Sequence record: MT612988.1
Length of the DNA stretch: 24,000 nt
Origin: Vibrio phage vB_ValM_R10Z
Reading direction: 5' to 3' (one strand)
Shown here: piece by piece, positions 6,691 through 14,471 of the stretch
Layout: each line of letters opens with the position of its first letter
Position numbering within the stretch: position 1 is the stretch's first letter
Translations under genes and position numbers: made by a program
The notes under the pieces: model-generated
What the model saw: only the letters and a program-made list of their open reading frames with translations
Database searches by the model: none
What the model was told of the DNA's origin: nothing

Positions 6691-8028
6691 TTAACCTTTG
6701 AACCCGCTCATTTCTTCAAGCGCATTCGCAACATCTTTGTCATCACGGAATTGCACGAAAATAGGCAAGAAACAAGACCATGTTTCTTTATTGCGTGCGC
6801 GTGTGATTGCGTTGTAGTTGATTTCAACAATCATACCGATTACTTCATCACGACGTTCCCAAATTTCAGCACGCTGTTTATCACTGAAGCCACTACCGAC
6901 TTTAGTAATCAACATACCGCAAGCTGAACGAAGAAGAAGAGCACCCATTTTGCCTTTGTTCTTCTTGTCACCTTCGATTACTTCAATGATCTCTAAATCA
7001 CCATCGTGAACTTCTTTGTATTTCACAAGTGATTTGCTTCGCTTGTTTTCCCAGAGTGCATCTGGGTCTTTCAAGATGATACCTTCTAGACCTTGAGCAA
7101 CGTACTGATTGTAGATTTCAGATGCTTGTTCTTTTGTAGAAACAGTCTGCCACGGAATCGGTTCGATGATACCACGTGCTTTAATAGCAACATCTGCAAG
7201 AATCTGTTTACGTTTACTGTACGGCATGTTCAATTCATTCGACTTACCGAAATAAACGTCTTCAGGGATGATATCCCACACTTGAAATACAATGTCAGCC
7301 TGTTCTTTCGGTGTGATTGTACCTTTGCTTGCTTTGTTGACAATGCCATTACCAGTCGAACGGTCTTCAACCTCATGTAAACCGTTTGGCGCGTACACAA
7401 GCTCACCGTCGATAACAAAGCCGTTTACACCCATTTCAGTCAAACCTTTCTCAACTTTGACTAGACCTTGATAGCGTTTACCGTTACGCGATGTAAGAGT
7501 AATGTTACCATCTAAGTCAACATGAGCGAAACAACGAGCACCATCAGCTTTCAATTCAGCGTATGCGATTTTAGTTAGAATCGCGTCGATTAGTTTGTCG
7601 TTCTTCGGGCTTGCAAGCATTTGAGGTTGTTCTGGAATCAGTTTCTTCCAAACTTTGTTTGCAGTACCACCCGTACAACCAGTTCGAAGGTCTTTCAATA
7701 TAACACGACGAATCACTTCCGCGTCGTCTTCAGAAACTGAAGCGAGTATACGAGCAACAAAATCTTGTGCAGAATGACCGCGCACTTGATTCACAACCAA
7801 CGCACTAAACACTTGCTCTAGTGCATCTTCTAGTTCGGTATATTCATGCACATATGCTTCACCTGCATTCACTTCAGGCAGTTTCTTCATATTAAACTGA
7901 TACGTAGGTGTGTATGCAAGCTCAAATACACGCTTTAGCAATTCATTGTCTTTTTCAGACTTCAGGATTGCTTCTTTTTCAGTGCGTTTAGTCGTTGCTG
8001 CTAGTTTATTCAGGATTGGTAGAATCAT
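6691..8028 (-). CDS. 30: ATP-dependent DNA ligase (T4 gp30-like)
   Basis: Adenylation motif 'AELKADGARCFAHVD' (KxDG), 'FVIDGELVY', 'EGIILKDPDALWENKRSKSLVKYKE'. Confidence 0.95.
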   Translation of the reverse strand: MILPILNKLAATTKRTEKEAILKSEKDNELLKRVFELAYTPTYQFNMKKLPEVNAGEAYVHEYTELEDALEQVFSALVVNQVRGHSAQDFVARILASVSEDDAEVIRRVILKDLRTGCTGGTANKVWKKLIPEQPQMLASPKNDKLIDAILTKIAYAELKADGARCFAHVDLDGNITLTSRNGKRYQGLVKVEKGLTEMGVNGFVIDGELVYAPNGLHEVEDRSTGNGIVNKASKGTITPKEQADIVFQVWDIIPEDVYFGKSNELNMPYSKRKQILADVAIKARGIIEPIPWQTVSTKEQASEIYNQYVAQGLEGIILKDPDALWENKRSKSLVKYKEVHDGDLEIIEVIEGDKKNKGKMGALLLRSACGMLITKVGSGFSDKQRAEIWERRDEVIGMIVEINYNAITRARNKETWSCFLPIFVQFRDDKDVANALEEMSGFKG

Positions 8029-8209
8029 CTGGACCCTCTATATAAATTTCAGGACGAACACGTGCAACAAAGCACTGCTCGTGTAAATCATTTTTGTACA
8101 ACACTTTAAGTGCATCTTGCTCTTTCAGGTACAATGCAGGCATTGTAACATCACCGAGATCAATAATCGCCACTTCTTGGTTGCTTTTCATTAGTATAGC
8201 AAACATCAT
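8006..8209 (-). CDS. small hypothetical protein
   Basis: ORF track starts at 8218; RBS TGAGGAAAATG supports the internal start MMFAILMKSNQEVAI at 8209 (or 8206). Confidence 0.6.
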   Translation of the reverse strand: MMFAILMKSNQEVAIIDLGDVTMPALYLKEQDALKVLYKNDLHEQCFVARVRPEIYIEGPDDSTNPE

Positions 8210-8459
8210 TTTCCTCAAAATATACGTTGCCGTTGTTGATTGTTACTAAGAATGGCTTACCTGCGATATGATCACCGTAAATGTGAACAATATAATCACA
8301 AGCTTCTTTGTTCCATTCTTGCCAATCGGTTTGCAATTCAGCTTCCCATTCTTCTCGATTCGAAAAGAACGGCTTGCCTTTTGCCTCTCGCTTATCTAAC
8401 GCAACAGCACGTTTTGCAAGTGCGCTATCAGCATGAATAATATAAGCTCGTTTAATCAT
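8160..8459 (-). CDS. hypothetical protein
   Basis: 99 aa ORF 'MIKRAYIIHADSALAKRAVALDKREAKGKPFFS...' in operon context, overlapping its downstream neighbour by about 50 nt. Confidence 0.65.
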   Translation of the reverse strand: MIKRAYIIHADSALAKRAVALDKREAKGKPFFSNREEWEAELQTDWQEWNKEACDYIVHIYGDHIAGKPFLVTINNGNVYFEENDVCYTNEKQPRSGDY

Positions 8460-8468
8460 AATTAACCC

Positions 8469-8492
8469 AAAAAAGCCCCGACAGGAGCTTTA
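8469..8492 (-). terminator. intrinsic terminator of HAD-like gene
   Basis: Minus strand AAAGCTCC-TGTC-GGGGCTTTTTTGGG (one G.T wobble). Confidence 0.75.
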
Positions 8493-8522
8493 TTATATGA
8501 TGAATGTAAGACGTGTTAAACT

Positions 8523-9116
8523 TTATTCGTGAATAAAATCTAATAGCTTTGACATATGATGAACGTCTGCTCGTTCGTCATATCGATTGAGGTGTACCAC
8601 TTTAAGGTCGTGAAAACACTTCTTGATTTGCTCAGTATTTTCTAACTGATCATCAATGAAACCGATCACGTCGTGATCTGATACTAGCTGAGAGACATAA
8701 CCGACTTTGCTCTCATCACCGCGAATAGTAATCAATTCGCTGAAACAACCCGGGAAGAATGTTTCTAAGTTGAACTTGCGCACAAGCCAGTGATCAGTTG
8801 AATCACCGAATTTAGTCAGCGCAACAAGATTGTATTCTTTCGCGATTTTGTGAACGTTCTCTACCGCATCAGGGAACGCAGTCATGTACTTACCGTGCTC
8901 AAGATTATACTTCTCAAGTAAGTCAAATGCTATTGAACGCTGCTCGACACCGAATAAATCACGTACGTCAACATGCTCTTTAGCAGTGAAGTGTTTTAAT
9001 GCAAGAACGGGGTCGATACCACATCGCTTGCAGAATAGCGGTAGCTGGCTTGCCCAATCAATAAGCACACCATCTACGTCGAAAATTAGAGTAGGTTTTT
9101 GTTTCTTGTCTGTCAT
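8523..9116 (-). CDS. HAD-superfamily phosphatase (5'-nucleotidase / NIF-like)
   Basis: 'KPTLIFDVDGVLIDWASQLPLFCKRCG' (DxDG motif I), 'LVALTKFGDSTDHWLVRKFNLE', 'VIGFIDDQLEN'. Internal start MTDKKQKPTLIF at 9116 preferred over the track start at 9188. Confidence 0.8.
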   Translation of the reverse strand: MTDKKQKPTLIFDVDGVLIDWASQLPLFCKRCGIDPVLALKHFTAKEHVDVRDLFGVEQRSIAFDLLEKYNLEHGKYMTAFPDAVENVHKIAKEYNLVALTKFGDSTDHWLVRKFNLETFFPGCFSELITIRGDESKVGYVSQLVSDHDVIGFIDDQLENTEQIKKCFHDLKVVHLNRYDERADVHHMSKLLDFIHE

Positions 9117-9129
9117 AATATATTTCTCG

Positions 9130-9327
9130 TTACATATATTCAGCGCCCGTGAAGACAATGAACATAAAAGTAAAACAAAACACAGCAACAGCTACTAACA
9201 ATGCAGTTACACTAGCTATCATTGAATCGAATTCGTCTTCAATAATCTTATTGACTACATATACTAATGGCGTTGCTGATACGAATACTAGAATAACACC
9301 TAGTGTTGCTAATAAAATTTGAATCAT
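9130..9327 (-). CDS. small membrane protein, two predicted TM helices
   Basis: 'MIQILLATLGVILVFVSATPLVYVVNK...SVTALLVAVAVFCFTFMFIVF'; AAAGGAG RBS immediately before the ATG at 9327. Confidence 0.75.
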   Translation of the reverse strand: MIQILLATLGVILVFVSATPLVYVVNKIIEDEFDSMIASVTALLVAVAVFCFTFMFIVFTGAEYM

Positions 9328-9353
9328 ATTGTGCTCCTTTATTTGAAGCATCT

Positions 9354-9382
9354 ATGATAATGAAAAGGGCTGCAAATTGCAA
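9354..9382 (-). promoter_or_regulatory. predicted sigma70-type promoter overlapping a terminator hairpin
   Basis: Minus strand TTGCAA (9377..9382) - 17 nt - TATCAT (9354..9359). Confidence 0.4.
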
Positions 9383-9389
9383 CCCTTTT
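9363..9389 (-). terminator. intrinsic terminator after 9392..9901 gene
   Basis: Minus strand AAAAGGGTTGC-AATTT-GCAGCCCTTTT. Confidence 0.75.
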
Positions 9390-9391
9390 GT

Positions 9392-9901
9392 TTATTTCAT
9401 CCACTGTTTGCGCTTTTTAGAGCGTTTCCACCCGCGCTGTGGAGATTTGTAAGACGATAGACCATCCCAATCTAGAAGACAGCGAACTGTATGAGCACGT
9501 TTTTTGCGAACTACTTTACCGTATTCGGCTTCAATCTCGTCTTCACAGAACTTGTTATGATGCATTTCAGACATCAAACCGTTACCGCGTCGAGCATGAA
9601 TCCAGTTCTTGTAGCAACCAGTATGTGGCACTGGCGTGTAACGAAACACGTAGTTACCTTTGTAACGTGCTAGACATTCACCATTTCGAATTAGGTCAAT
9701 CATACGTCTTGCGCTAGTTGACATGTAAAACCCAACACGTTCTGGGCTCCAGAAGCTCTGATAACGAACGTATGTTCTAGCCCACTCAGGTACCCATTCA
9801 CCATCCCATAATTCGAAAACATGATGAGGTCCCATTTCGCGTGAGTTGTATAGTGGTAGATCTTTTTCTTTTACGCCTTTGTATTTTTTGACTTCAGTCA
9901 T
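9392..9901 (-). CDS. hypothetical protein
   Basis: 169 aa ORF rich in Trp/Arg/Tyr: 'FELWDGEWVPEWARTYVRYQSFWSPERVGFYMSTSARRMIDLIRNGECLARYKGNYVFR'; followed by a terminator. Confidence 0.75.
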   Translation of the reverse strand: MTEVKKYKGVKEKDLPLYNSREMGPHHVFELWDGEWVPEWARTYVRYQSFWSPERVGFYMSTSARRMIDLIRNGECLARYKGNYVFRYTPVPHTGCYKNWIHARRGNGLMSEMHHNKFCEDEIEAEYGKVVRKKRAHTVRCLLDWDGLSSYKSPQRGWKRSKKRKQWMK

Positions 9902-9960
9902 CGTTGTTTCTCCAAGTTAAATTACTTAGTGAAACAACTCCTTACGATGAAATTTCTTCA

Positions 9961-10206
9961 TTATTCAATTACCTCATACGCTTCGTTAAGGAAGTCATCA
10001 ACATCATCTACGTTGATTTTGTCTTCATCTATTGCTAGTAAATCACATAGCAATTCTAAAATATCATGTTTACGAATTGTCCCATGACTGAATACAGTCT
10101 GACCAATCCATTCGGCTACCGACCAGTAATAGTCTTCAAAATCACCATCGCATTCGTAATTTGCTAGGTTGTACTGCTCTAGAAGCATATTCAAATCGTG
10201 CGTCAT
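9961..10206 (-). CDS. hypothetical acidic protein
   Basis: 81 aa ORF, 'MTHDLNMLLEQYNLANYECDGDFEDYYWSVAEWIGQTVFSHGTIRKHDILELL'. Confidence 0.7.
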   Translation of the reverse strand: MTHDLNMLLEQYNLANYECDGDFEDYYWSVAEWIGQTVFSHGTIRKHDILELLCDLLAIDEDKINVDDVDDFLNEAYEVIE

Positions 10207-10246
10207 TGTATTACCTTTTATTGTTTTATTTGACGCACGTATTTAA

Positions 10247-10435
10247 TCATTTAATTTTGAACAATTTCATCACGATTAGAGCAATCATTAGTACTGGCGT
10301 GATGACTGTCGATAATAAATTCACCACGGTTTTACTCGCTTGACCACCGTTTTGGCGGTACGTTTCGTGTAATGTATCTTGAATCGCAACTGTCAAAAGT
10401 GCACCAATCAATAAGTAAACAAAAATAAAAGTCAT
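10247..10435 (-). CDS. small membrane protein, two predicted TM helices
   Basis: 'MTFIFVYLLIGALLTVAIQ...VVNLLSTVITPVLMIALIVMKLF'; ATG overlaps the upstream stop. Confidence 0.75.
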   Translation of the reverse strand: MTFIFVYLLIGALLTVAIQDTLHETYRQNGGQASKTVVNLLSTVITPVLMIALIVMKLFKIK

Positions 10436-11160
10436 ATGTCGAAAATCCTAAGCCCATATTCTGGGTTTTCTGAGCCATATGCACGTGGGTTACACAGTAC
10501 ATTACAGCCATTTACGTGATAGTCAAATTCTTGATGAACATGACCGTGAATTGCAAAACTGAACCCTTCAAGTAAATGGTCAAGGTCAGTGCAATAAAAA
10601 CTATTCGTACTTGAATACGCATAGTAAGATGAAATGCTCTTCAGAGAAGGGGCGTGATGTGTGATTAACACTTTCTTACCTTCAATCTCGCGACATTTCT
10701 CAATAAATTTGACTGATTTACAATGAAGTGCATGTACATCTTCACCGTACAAAGGTCGCCATTGCGGACCGCGAATCTTACGACGGTCATTCATGTTGTC
10801 TTTCCAACGTTGACCCTCAAACCAGTCATTGACTTCGTGCCACAGCGTTGTTCCGCAGAATGTCACGTCATCAATCTGAACTGTATTTTCAAGCAAAACG
10901 TGAACATTGTCAACCGAAGTTTCAAATTTATGTCGCTCGTGAATCGCAAGACCCCACCAATCGTGATTTCCCGGCACTGCGATAACAGCGCGCCAACGGT
11001 CGGCTACAGCTTCTAAATCGCGCACTGTGCGCCCTTTGCTGTTAATGTCACCCGCTACTACCAATACAGCGTCTTTGTCGCCTGTAATCGATTCTAGCGC
11101 GTTCTCTGCGTGATAGTCGTTGTGAATATCACTACAGTAATAAACTTTTAAATTTGCCAT
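10432..11160 (-). CDS. calcineurin-like metallophosphoesterase
   Basis: Motifs 'CSDIHNDYH', 'VVAGDINSKG', 'VPGNHDWW', 'VLITHHAPS', 'AIHGHVHQ'. Confidence 0.9.
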   Translation of the reverse strand: MANLKVYYCSDIHNDYHAENALESITGDKDAVLVVAGDINSKGRTVRDLEAVADRWRAVIAVPGNHDWWGLAIHERHKFETSVDNVHVLLENTVQIDDVTFCGTTLWHEVNDWFEGQRWKDNMNDRRKIRGPQWRPLYGEDVHALHCKSVKFIEKCREIEGKKVLITHHAPSLKSISSYYAYSSTNSFYCTDLDHLLEGFSFAIHGHVHQEFDYHVNGCNVLCNPRAYGSENPEYGLRIFDI

Positions 11161-11417
11161 CGAATCTCCAAAATATTATCGACATAAAATGCGTTGTAGT
11201 TGTGTAAACGCAGATATTCAATCAATAGGCGTTTCATACTATGACTTTCAATACCTGGCAATTCGTCTTGCATTCTGATATTAATACCAAAGCGCATTTC
11301 ATCAGTTGCTTGCGCAATGCGCTCATCTAGATGTTCTAGATCATCAACGGGAAACTTCTCTTCCATTACTTTGATGCTGCGTGCGCGTGCTTCTTCTGCT
11401 TTCATAATCATGCTCAT
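11148..11417 (-). CDS. hypothetical protein
   Basis: 'MSMIMKAEEARARSIKVMEEKFPVDDLEHLDERIAQATDEMRFG'; ATGA overlap with the upstream gene and a GGAG RBS favour start 11417 over 11432. Confidence 0.7.
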   Translation of the reverse strand: MSMIMKAEEARARSIKVMEEKFPVDDLEHLDERIAQATDEMRFGINIRMQDELPGIESHSMKRLLIEYLRLHNYNAFYVDNILEIRWQI

Positions 11418-11806
11418 GACTTTCGTCTCCAATCAATTATAGTCAATATCATGCGTTCAGAACCGTGTTCCATCAACATACGATTCACATAAGCAAGTGC
11501 TAAACTGTGAGTCTCGTATTGCAAGTAGCCAATTTCGGACGGCTCGTAAGGGTTGATTCGATTTTTAATATCGAATGTATTCTTCACTGCTCTGATATTA
11601 TAACCTAATTTCTCGAACTCTGCAACCGCTGATTCATAAAATTCAGCTTTTATACCGACTTTTATCTCAAGCTCTGTATCAGCTATTTTATCAATTGATT
11701 TCAAAGTGTTATACAGAAAATCTTGAAATTCTTCGATTTTCTTTAACTGACGGTCGGACGGTTTCTTCGGCTTATAGCGTGACCGCATACTAGCAGCATC
11801 AAACAT
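11414..11806 (-). CDS. hypothetical protein
   Basis: 130 aa ORF 'MFDAASMRSRYKPKKPSDRQLKKIEEFQDFLYNTLKSIDKIADTELEIKVG', operon context. Confidence 0.75.
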   Translation of the reverse strand: MFDAASMRSRYKPKKPSDRQLKKIEEFQDFLYNTLKSIDKIADTELEIKVGIKAEFYESAVAEFEKLGYNIRAVKNTFDIKNRINPYEPSEIGYLQYETHSLALAYVNRMLMEHGSERMILTIIDWRRKS

Positions 11807-11817
11807 AATATTTTCTC

Positions 11818-12084
11818 TCAGAAGTAGTCAGCGTACCTATCTAAGATTCGCTTCGGGATTTTTAAGTTTACAAATCTCTTACCTTTCAAACCACCATCAT
11901 ATGCGATTTCTGCAATCAGATCTTCGTACATGTCTGGTTCAAGTTCGTCGATAATGTCCTTGTACTCTTGTGGAAGCTGTCTCTTCAGCTTCTTAACGAG
12001 CGCGTGGATCTCATTTATCGTGAGATCACGCAACTCTTGGTATGTCATTTCGTTTAGGGATATTTCAATAAAAGACTTTAGCAT
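11818..12084 (-). CDS. hypothetical protein
   Basis: 88 aa ORF in operon context. Confidence 0.7.
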   Translation of the reverse strand: MLKSFIEISLNEMTYQELRDLTINEIHALVKKLKRQLPQEYKDIIDELEPDMYEDLIAEIAYDGGLKGKRFVNLKIPKRILDRYADYF

Positions 12085-12101
12085 AATGCCACCTCCGTCT
12101 C

Positions 12102-12323
12102 TTATTTAATCCCTAGTAGCTTACCAATTACGGTCATTGGTAGATAAAAAATGACATAAAACAAAATGTAAATCGCAATCTGTACGCCGAAACCTAGTGA
12201 TAGCATAGCGACGTAAAGCTGCACGAGGTAATAATCTACCTCGGCTGTCGCTGCTTCGTTCAGTTCGCCGCGAAACTCGCGACACATATCTTCTAGAATT
12301 CGAATGAAATTGCTCATTACCAC
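12102..12323 (-). CDS. small membrane protein
   Basis: 73 aa; 'VDYYLVQLYVAMLSLGFGVQIAIYILFYVIFYLPMTVIGKLLG'. Confidence 0.7.
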   Translation of the reverse strand: MVMSNFIRILEDMCREFRGELNEAATAEVDYYLVQLYVAMLSLGFGVQIAIYILFYVIFYLPMTVIGKLLGIK

Positions 12324-12559
12324 ATCACCTCAAGTTTCTCACCTGTAATGAACGCATCATAGCCGAGACTAATCAAAATACTACGAATAGTATCGCGCTC
12401 ACTTTCAGTCAATTTTTCTGTTTTGAAGTCAACTCGCGACTTCGTGGGAGAAGCGACTTGAATTGCAAAATCTAGCTCTTCAAGTGACTTCTCAACAGCA
12501 GGCGAAAGTTTCTTCCGCTTTGCTCTTGCCTCTTTTGCTGTAATCATTGGGTCATCCAA
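12317..12559 (-). CDS. hypothetical protein
   Basis: 80 aa ORF, short overlaps with both neighbours. Confidence 0.7.
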   Translation of the reverse strand: MDDPMITAKEARAKRKKLSPAVEKSLEELDFAIQVASPTKSRVDFKTEKLTESERDTIRSILISLGYDAFITGEKLEVMW

Positions 12560-14340
12560 TCCTTACGTTTATCAGTGTCATTACCGAACAATAGTTCAAA
12601 ACAATTTGGGTCATCGATTACAATATCATCAAAAACTGGCTCGTTAATAACTTTTTTGTATTCTTTTTCAGTCAGTGAACCCAAACCCTTAATGTAACGA
12701 ATCTTCCACGTTTTACTCAGTTTCGCCTTGCGATACTCTTCAATAGAATAAAACCATTTCGTTTCTTTATTCTTCGATGCAATGACTACTGGTGTACGAA
12801 CGAACTTGATTCGCTTCTGCTTGTAAAGCTCTGGCCAGTTGTAGAAAAACGCAAGCAACAACGGGAAAATCGAACCTTTACCATCAACGTCCGCATCAAC
12901 TAAGATACCAATGTCTTTATAGTACATGTCTCGAATGTCGTCATTACCGAGCTGAATGTTCAGCACTGACATGATATCGCATAGCTCTTTGTTTTTCATG
13001 ATCTCGGCAGGGCGTTTACCCCATGTGCTCAGTACTTTACCGCGCAACGGAATACCACCATGCTTTTTACTGTCACGAACTTTAATCAAGTAACCAATCG
13101 CTGACTTACCCTCAGTCAAGAACAGCGTACCACCTGGCTGCGAAGCCTTGATATGCTCTGCAACTTTCGCTTGTTGAGCTTTCTTCTGCTTGCGTGCTAG
13201 TTCTCGCGCTTCGGCTGCTTGTTGTTTAGCAAGTAACGCTTCAATAATCGGCATGATGATATCATCTTCTGCCAGAATCTTCTTAGCGATTTTGTCATAT
13301 GCTAAGTCTTTCAAGTATGGTGACACTTCACCTTGAGAACTAGTTAGACGTTCTTTTGTCTGACTGTCAAACTTAGGGTCTGTGAAGTTACGAATGAACA
13401 ACCCGAGTGTCAAACCATTCTTTAATTGTGGTTTTGGTACATTGATTTTATGCTTGCGCTTAATCATCGGGATTAATTCATCTGAAAGTTTATTGATGAA
13501 GTAATCTACGTGGGTACCACCATTAGATGTATTTACACCATTGATGAAGCTGTTATGTCTGAATTCATCAGACGGCGCGACAAACAGCGCAACGTTGTCA
13601 AATTCAAACGCAACTTCTGTGTTAAACATCTTTGCGTATTGCTTCAGCGTAGGGGCGTGTTTCTTCCCGTTGTACTTGAACGTAATCTCAGGGAATGCGA
13701 CTGACAACGACGCGAGACGGTCTTTGATGATCTCTTCGTCTTGAGGGGAGATACCAAATACACCAAAGCGGTTAAAATCAGGGATGAATTCAACTGAAGT
13801 CCCTTTCGTACCGCCTTTCGAAGTTCTAACGAAAATACGATCTGCATTGTTAGAACAGCTTACTGTTACTGTGTTTTTACCGTCACACGTCTTACCAATG
13901 AATTGATGACTGAAGTAGTTGGTCAGTGCAGCGCCAACACCGTTCATACCAACAGTTGTTCGGTCATCTTCGAAGTTACTACCTGCTTTAGTACGTGTCC
14001 ATGCAGCTTCAGGTCGAAGAAGCTCTTTACCATCTGGGTCTAGAACTTTGTCTTGCGGAATACCGCGACCGTTATCTGAGATAGTGATTCGATTACCTTC
14101 GATTTTCACTTCAATAACATTGGCAAATTTGAACTTAGTTCGAATCGCTTCATCAAGAGAGTTATCAATAACTTCGTTGATGATCTTCACAAGACCCGGT
14201 ACGTACTCGATTTTCTTGAAATCACCTAAGACAAAACGCTCATGTTCTTCTCGATCAACTGACCCGATGTACATACCCGGTCGTTTAAGAACGTGTTGTT
14301 TGTCTGATAAAATTTGAAAGTTGTCTTTTTTAGACATCAT
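12544..14340 (-). CDS. 39: DNA topoisomerase II large subunit (T4 gp39/gp60-like)
   Basis: GHKL ATPase 'EVIDNSLDEA', 'ITISDNGRGIPQ', 'TVGMNGVGAALTNYFS'; Toprim 'LFLTEGKSAIG', 'ILVDADVDGKGS'. Internal start (MMSKKDNF at 14340, or 14337) fits GTGAGGAAC RBS. Confidence 0.93.
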   Translation of the reverse strand: MMSKKDNFQILSDKQHVLKRPGMYIGSVDREEHERFVLGDFKKIEYVPGLVKIINEVIDNSLDEAIRTKFKFANVIEVKIEGNRITISDNGRGIPQDKVLDPDGKELLRPEAAWTRTKAGSNFEDDRTTVGMNGVGAALTNYFSHQFIGKTCDGKNTVTVSCSNNADRIFVRTSKGGTKGTSVEFIPDFNRFGVFGISPQDEEIIKDRLASLSVAFPEITFKYNGKKHAPTLKQYAKMFNTEVAFEFDNVALFVAPSDEFRHNSFINGVNTSNGGTHVDYFINKLSDELIPMIKRKHKINVPKPQLKNGLTLGLFIRNFTDPKFDSQTKERLTSSQGEVSPYLKDLAYDKIAKKILAEDDIIMPIIEALLAKQQAAEARELARKQKKAQQAKVAEHIKASQPGGTLFLTEGKSAIGYLIKVRDSKKHGGIPLRGKVLSTWGKRPAEIMKNKELCDIMSVLNIQLGNDDIRDMYYKDIGILVDADVDGKGSIFPLLLAFFYNWPELYKQKRIKFVRTPVVIASKNKETKWFYSIEEYRKAKLSKTWKIRYIKGLGSLTEKEYKKVINEPVFDDIVIDDPNCFELLFGNDTDKRKDWMTQ

Positions 14341-14452
14341 GTTCCTCACTCAATTTCACATAGCAGTACGTTAACAATGCACCTAGTATAGACGCACAGC
14401 CTGCTAAAATATACAACTTATCTAGAATGAGTAAAAAAGCTGCTATGAATGA
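14330..14452 (-). CDS. small membrane protein
   Basis: 'MSFIAAFLLILDKLYILAGCASILGALLTYCYVKLSEEHDV'; this start sits just after the Sir2-like stop with GGAAG/GGGG upstream, avoiding the 128-nt overlap of the track ORF 14330..14599. Confidence 0.5.
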   Translation of the reverse strand, partial: SFIAAFLLILDKLYILAGCASILGALLTYCYVKLSEEHDV

Positions 14453-14471
14453 CATAACAGCCCCACTTCCA

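Noticed and set aside
6818-7380. Plus-strand ORFs 6818..7009 and 7093..7380 inside the DNA ligase gene
   Set aside because: Antisense to clear ligase motifs.
7230-7418. Minus-strand 62-aa ORF in alternate frame of DNA ligase
   Set aside because: Nested out of frame inside a well-supported gene, no RBS identified.
8025-8035. Plus-strand TATAAATT near 8030 as a late promoter
   Set aside because: 7/8 match only, faces away from all genes and has no plus-strand gene downstream.
10228-10240. Minus-strand ATTAAATAC upstream of 10206 as a late promoter
   Set aside because: Only about 6/8 match to TATAAATA; too weak to claim.
13919-14317. Plus-strand 132-aa ORF opposite the topoisomerase ATPase domain
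   Set aside because: Antisense to highly conserved GHKL motifs.
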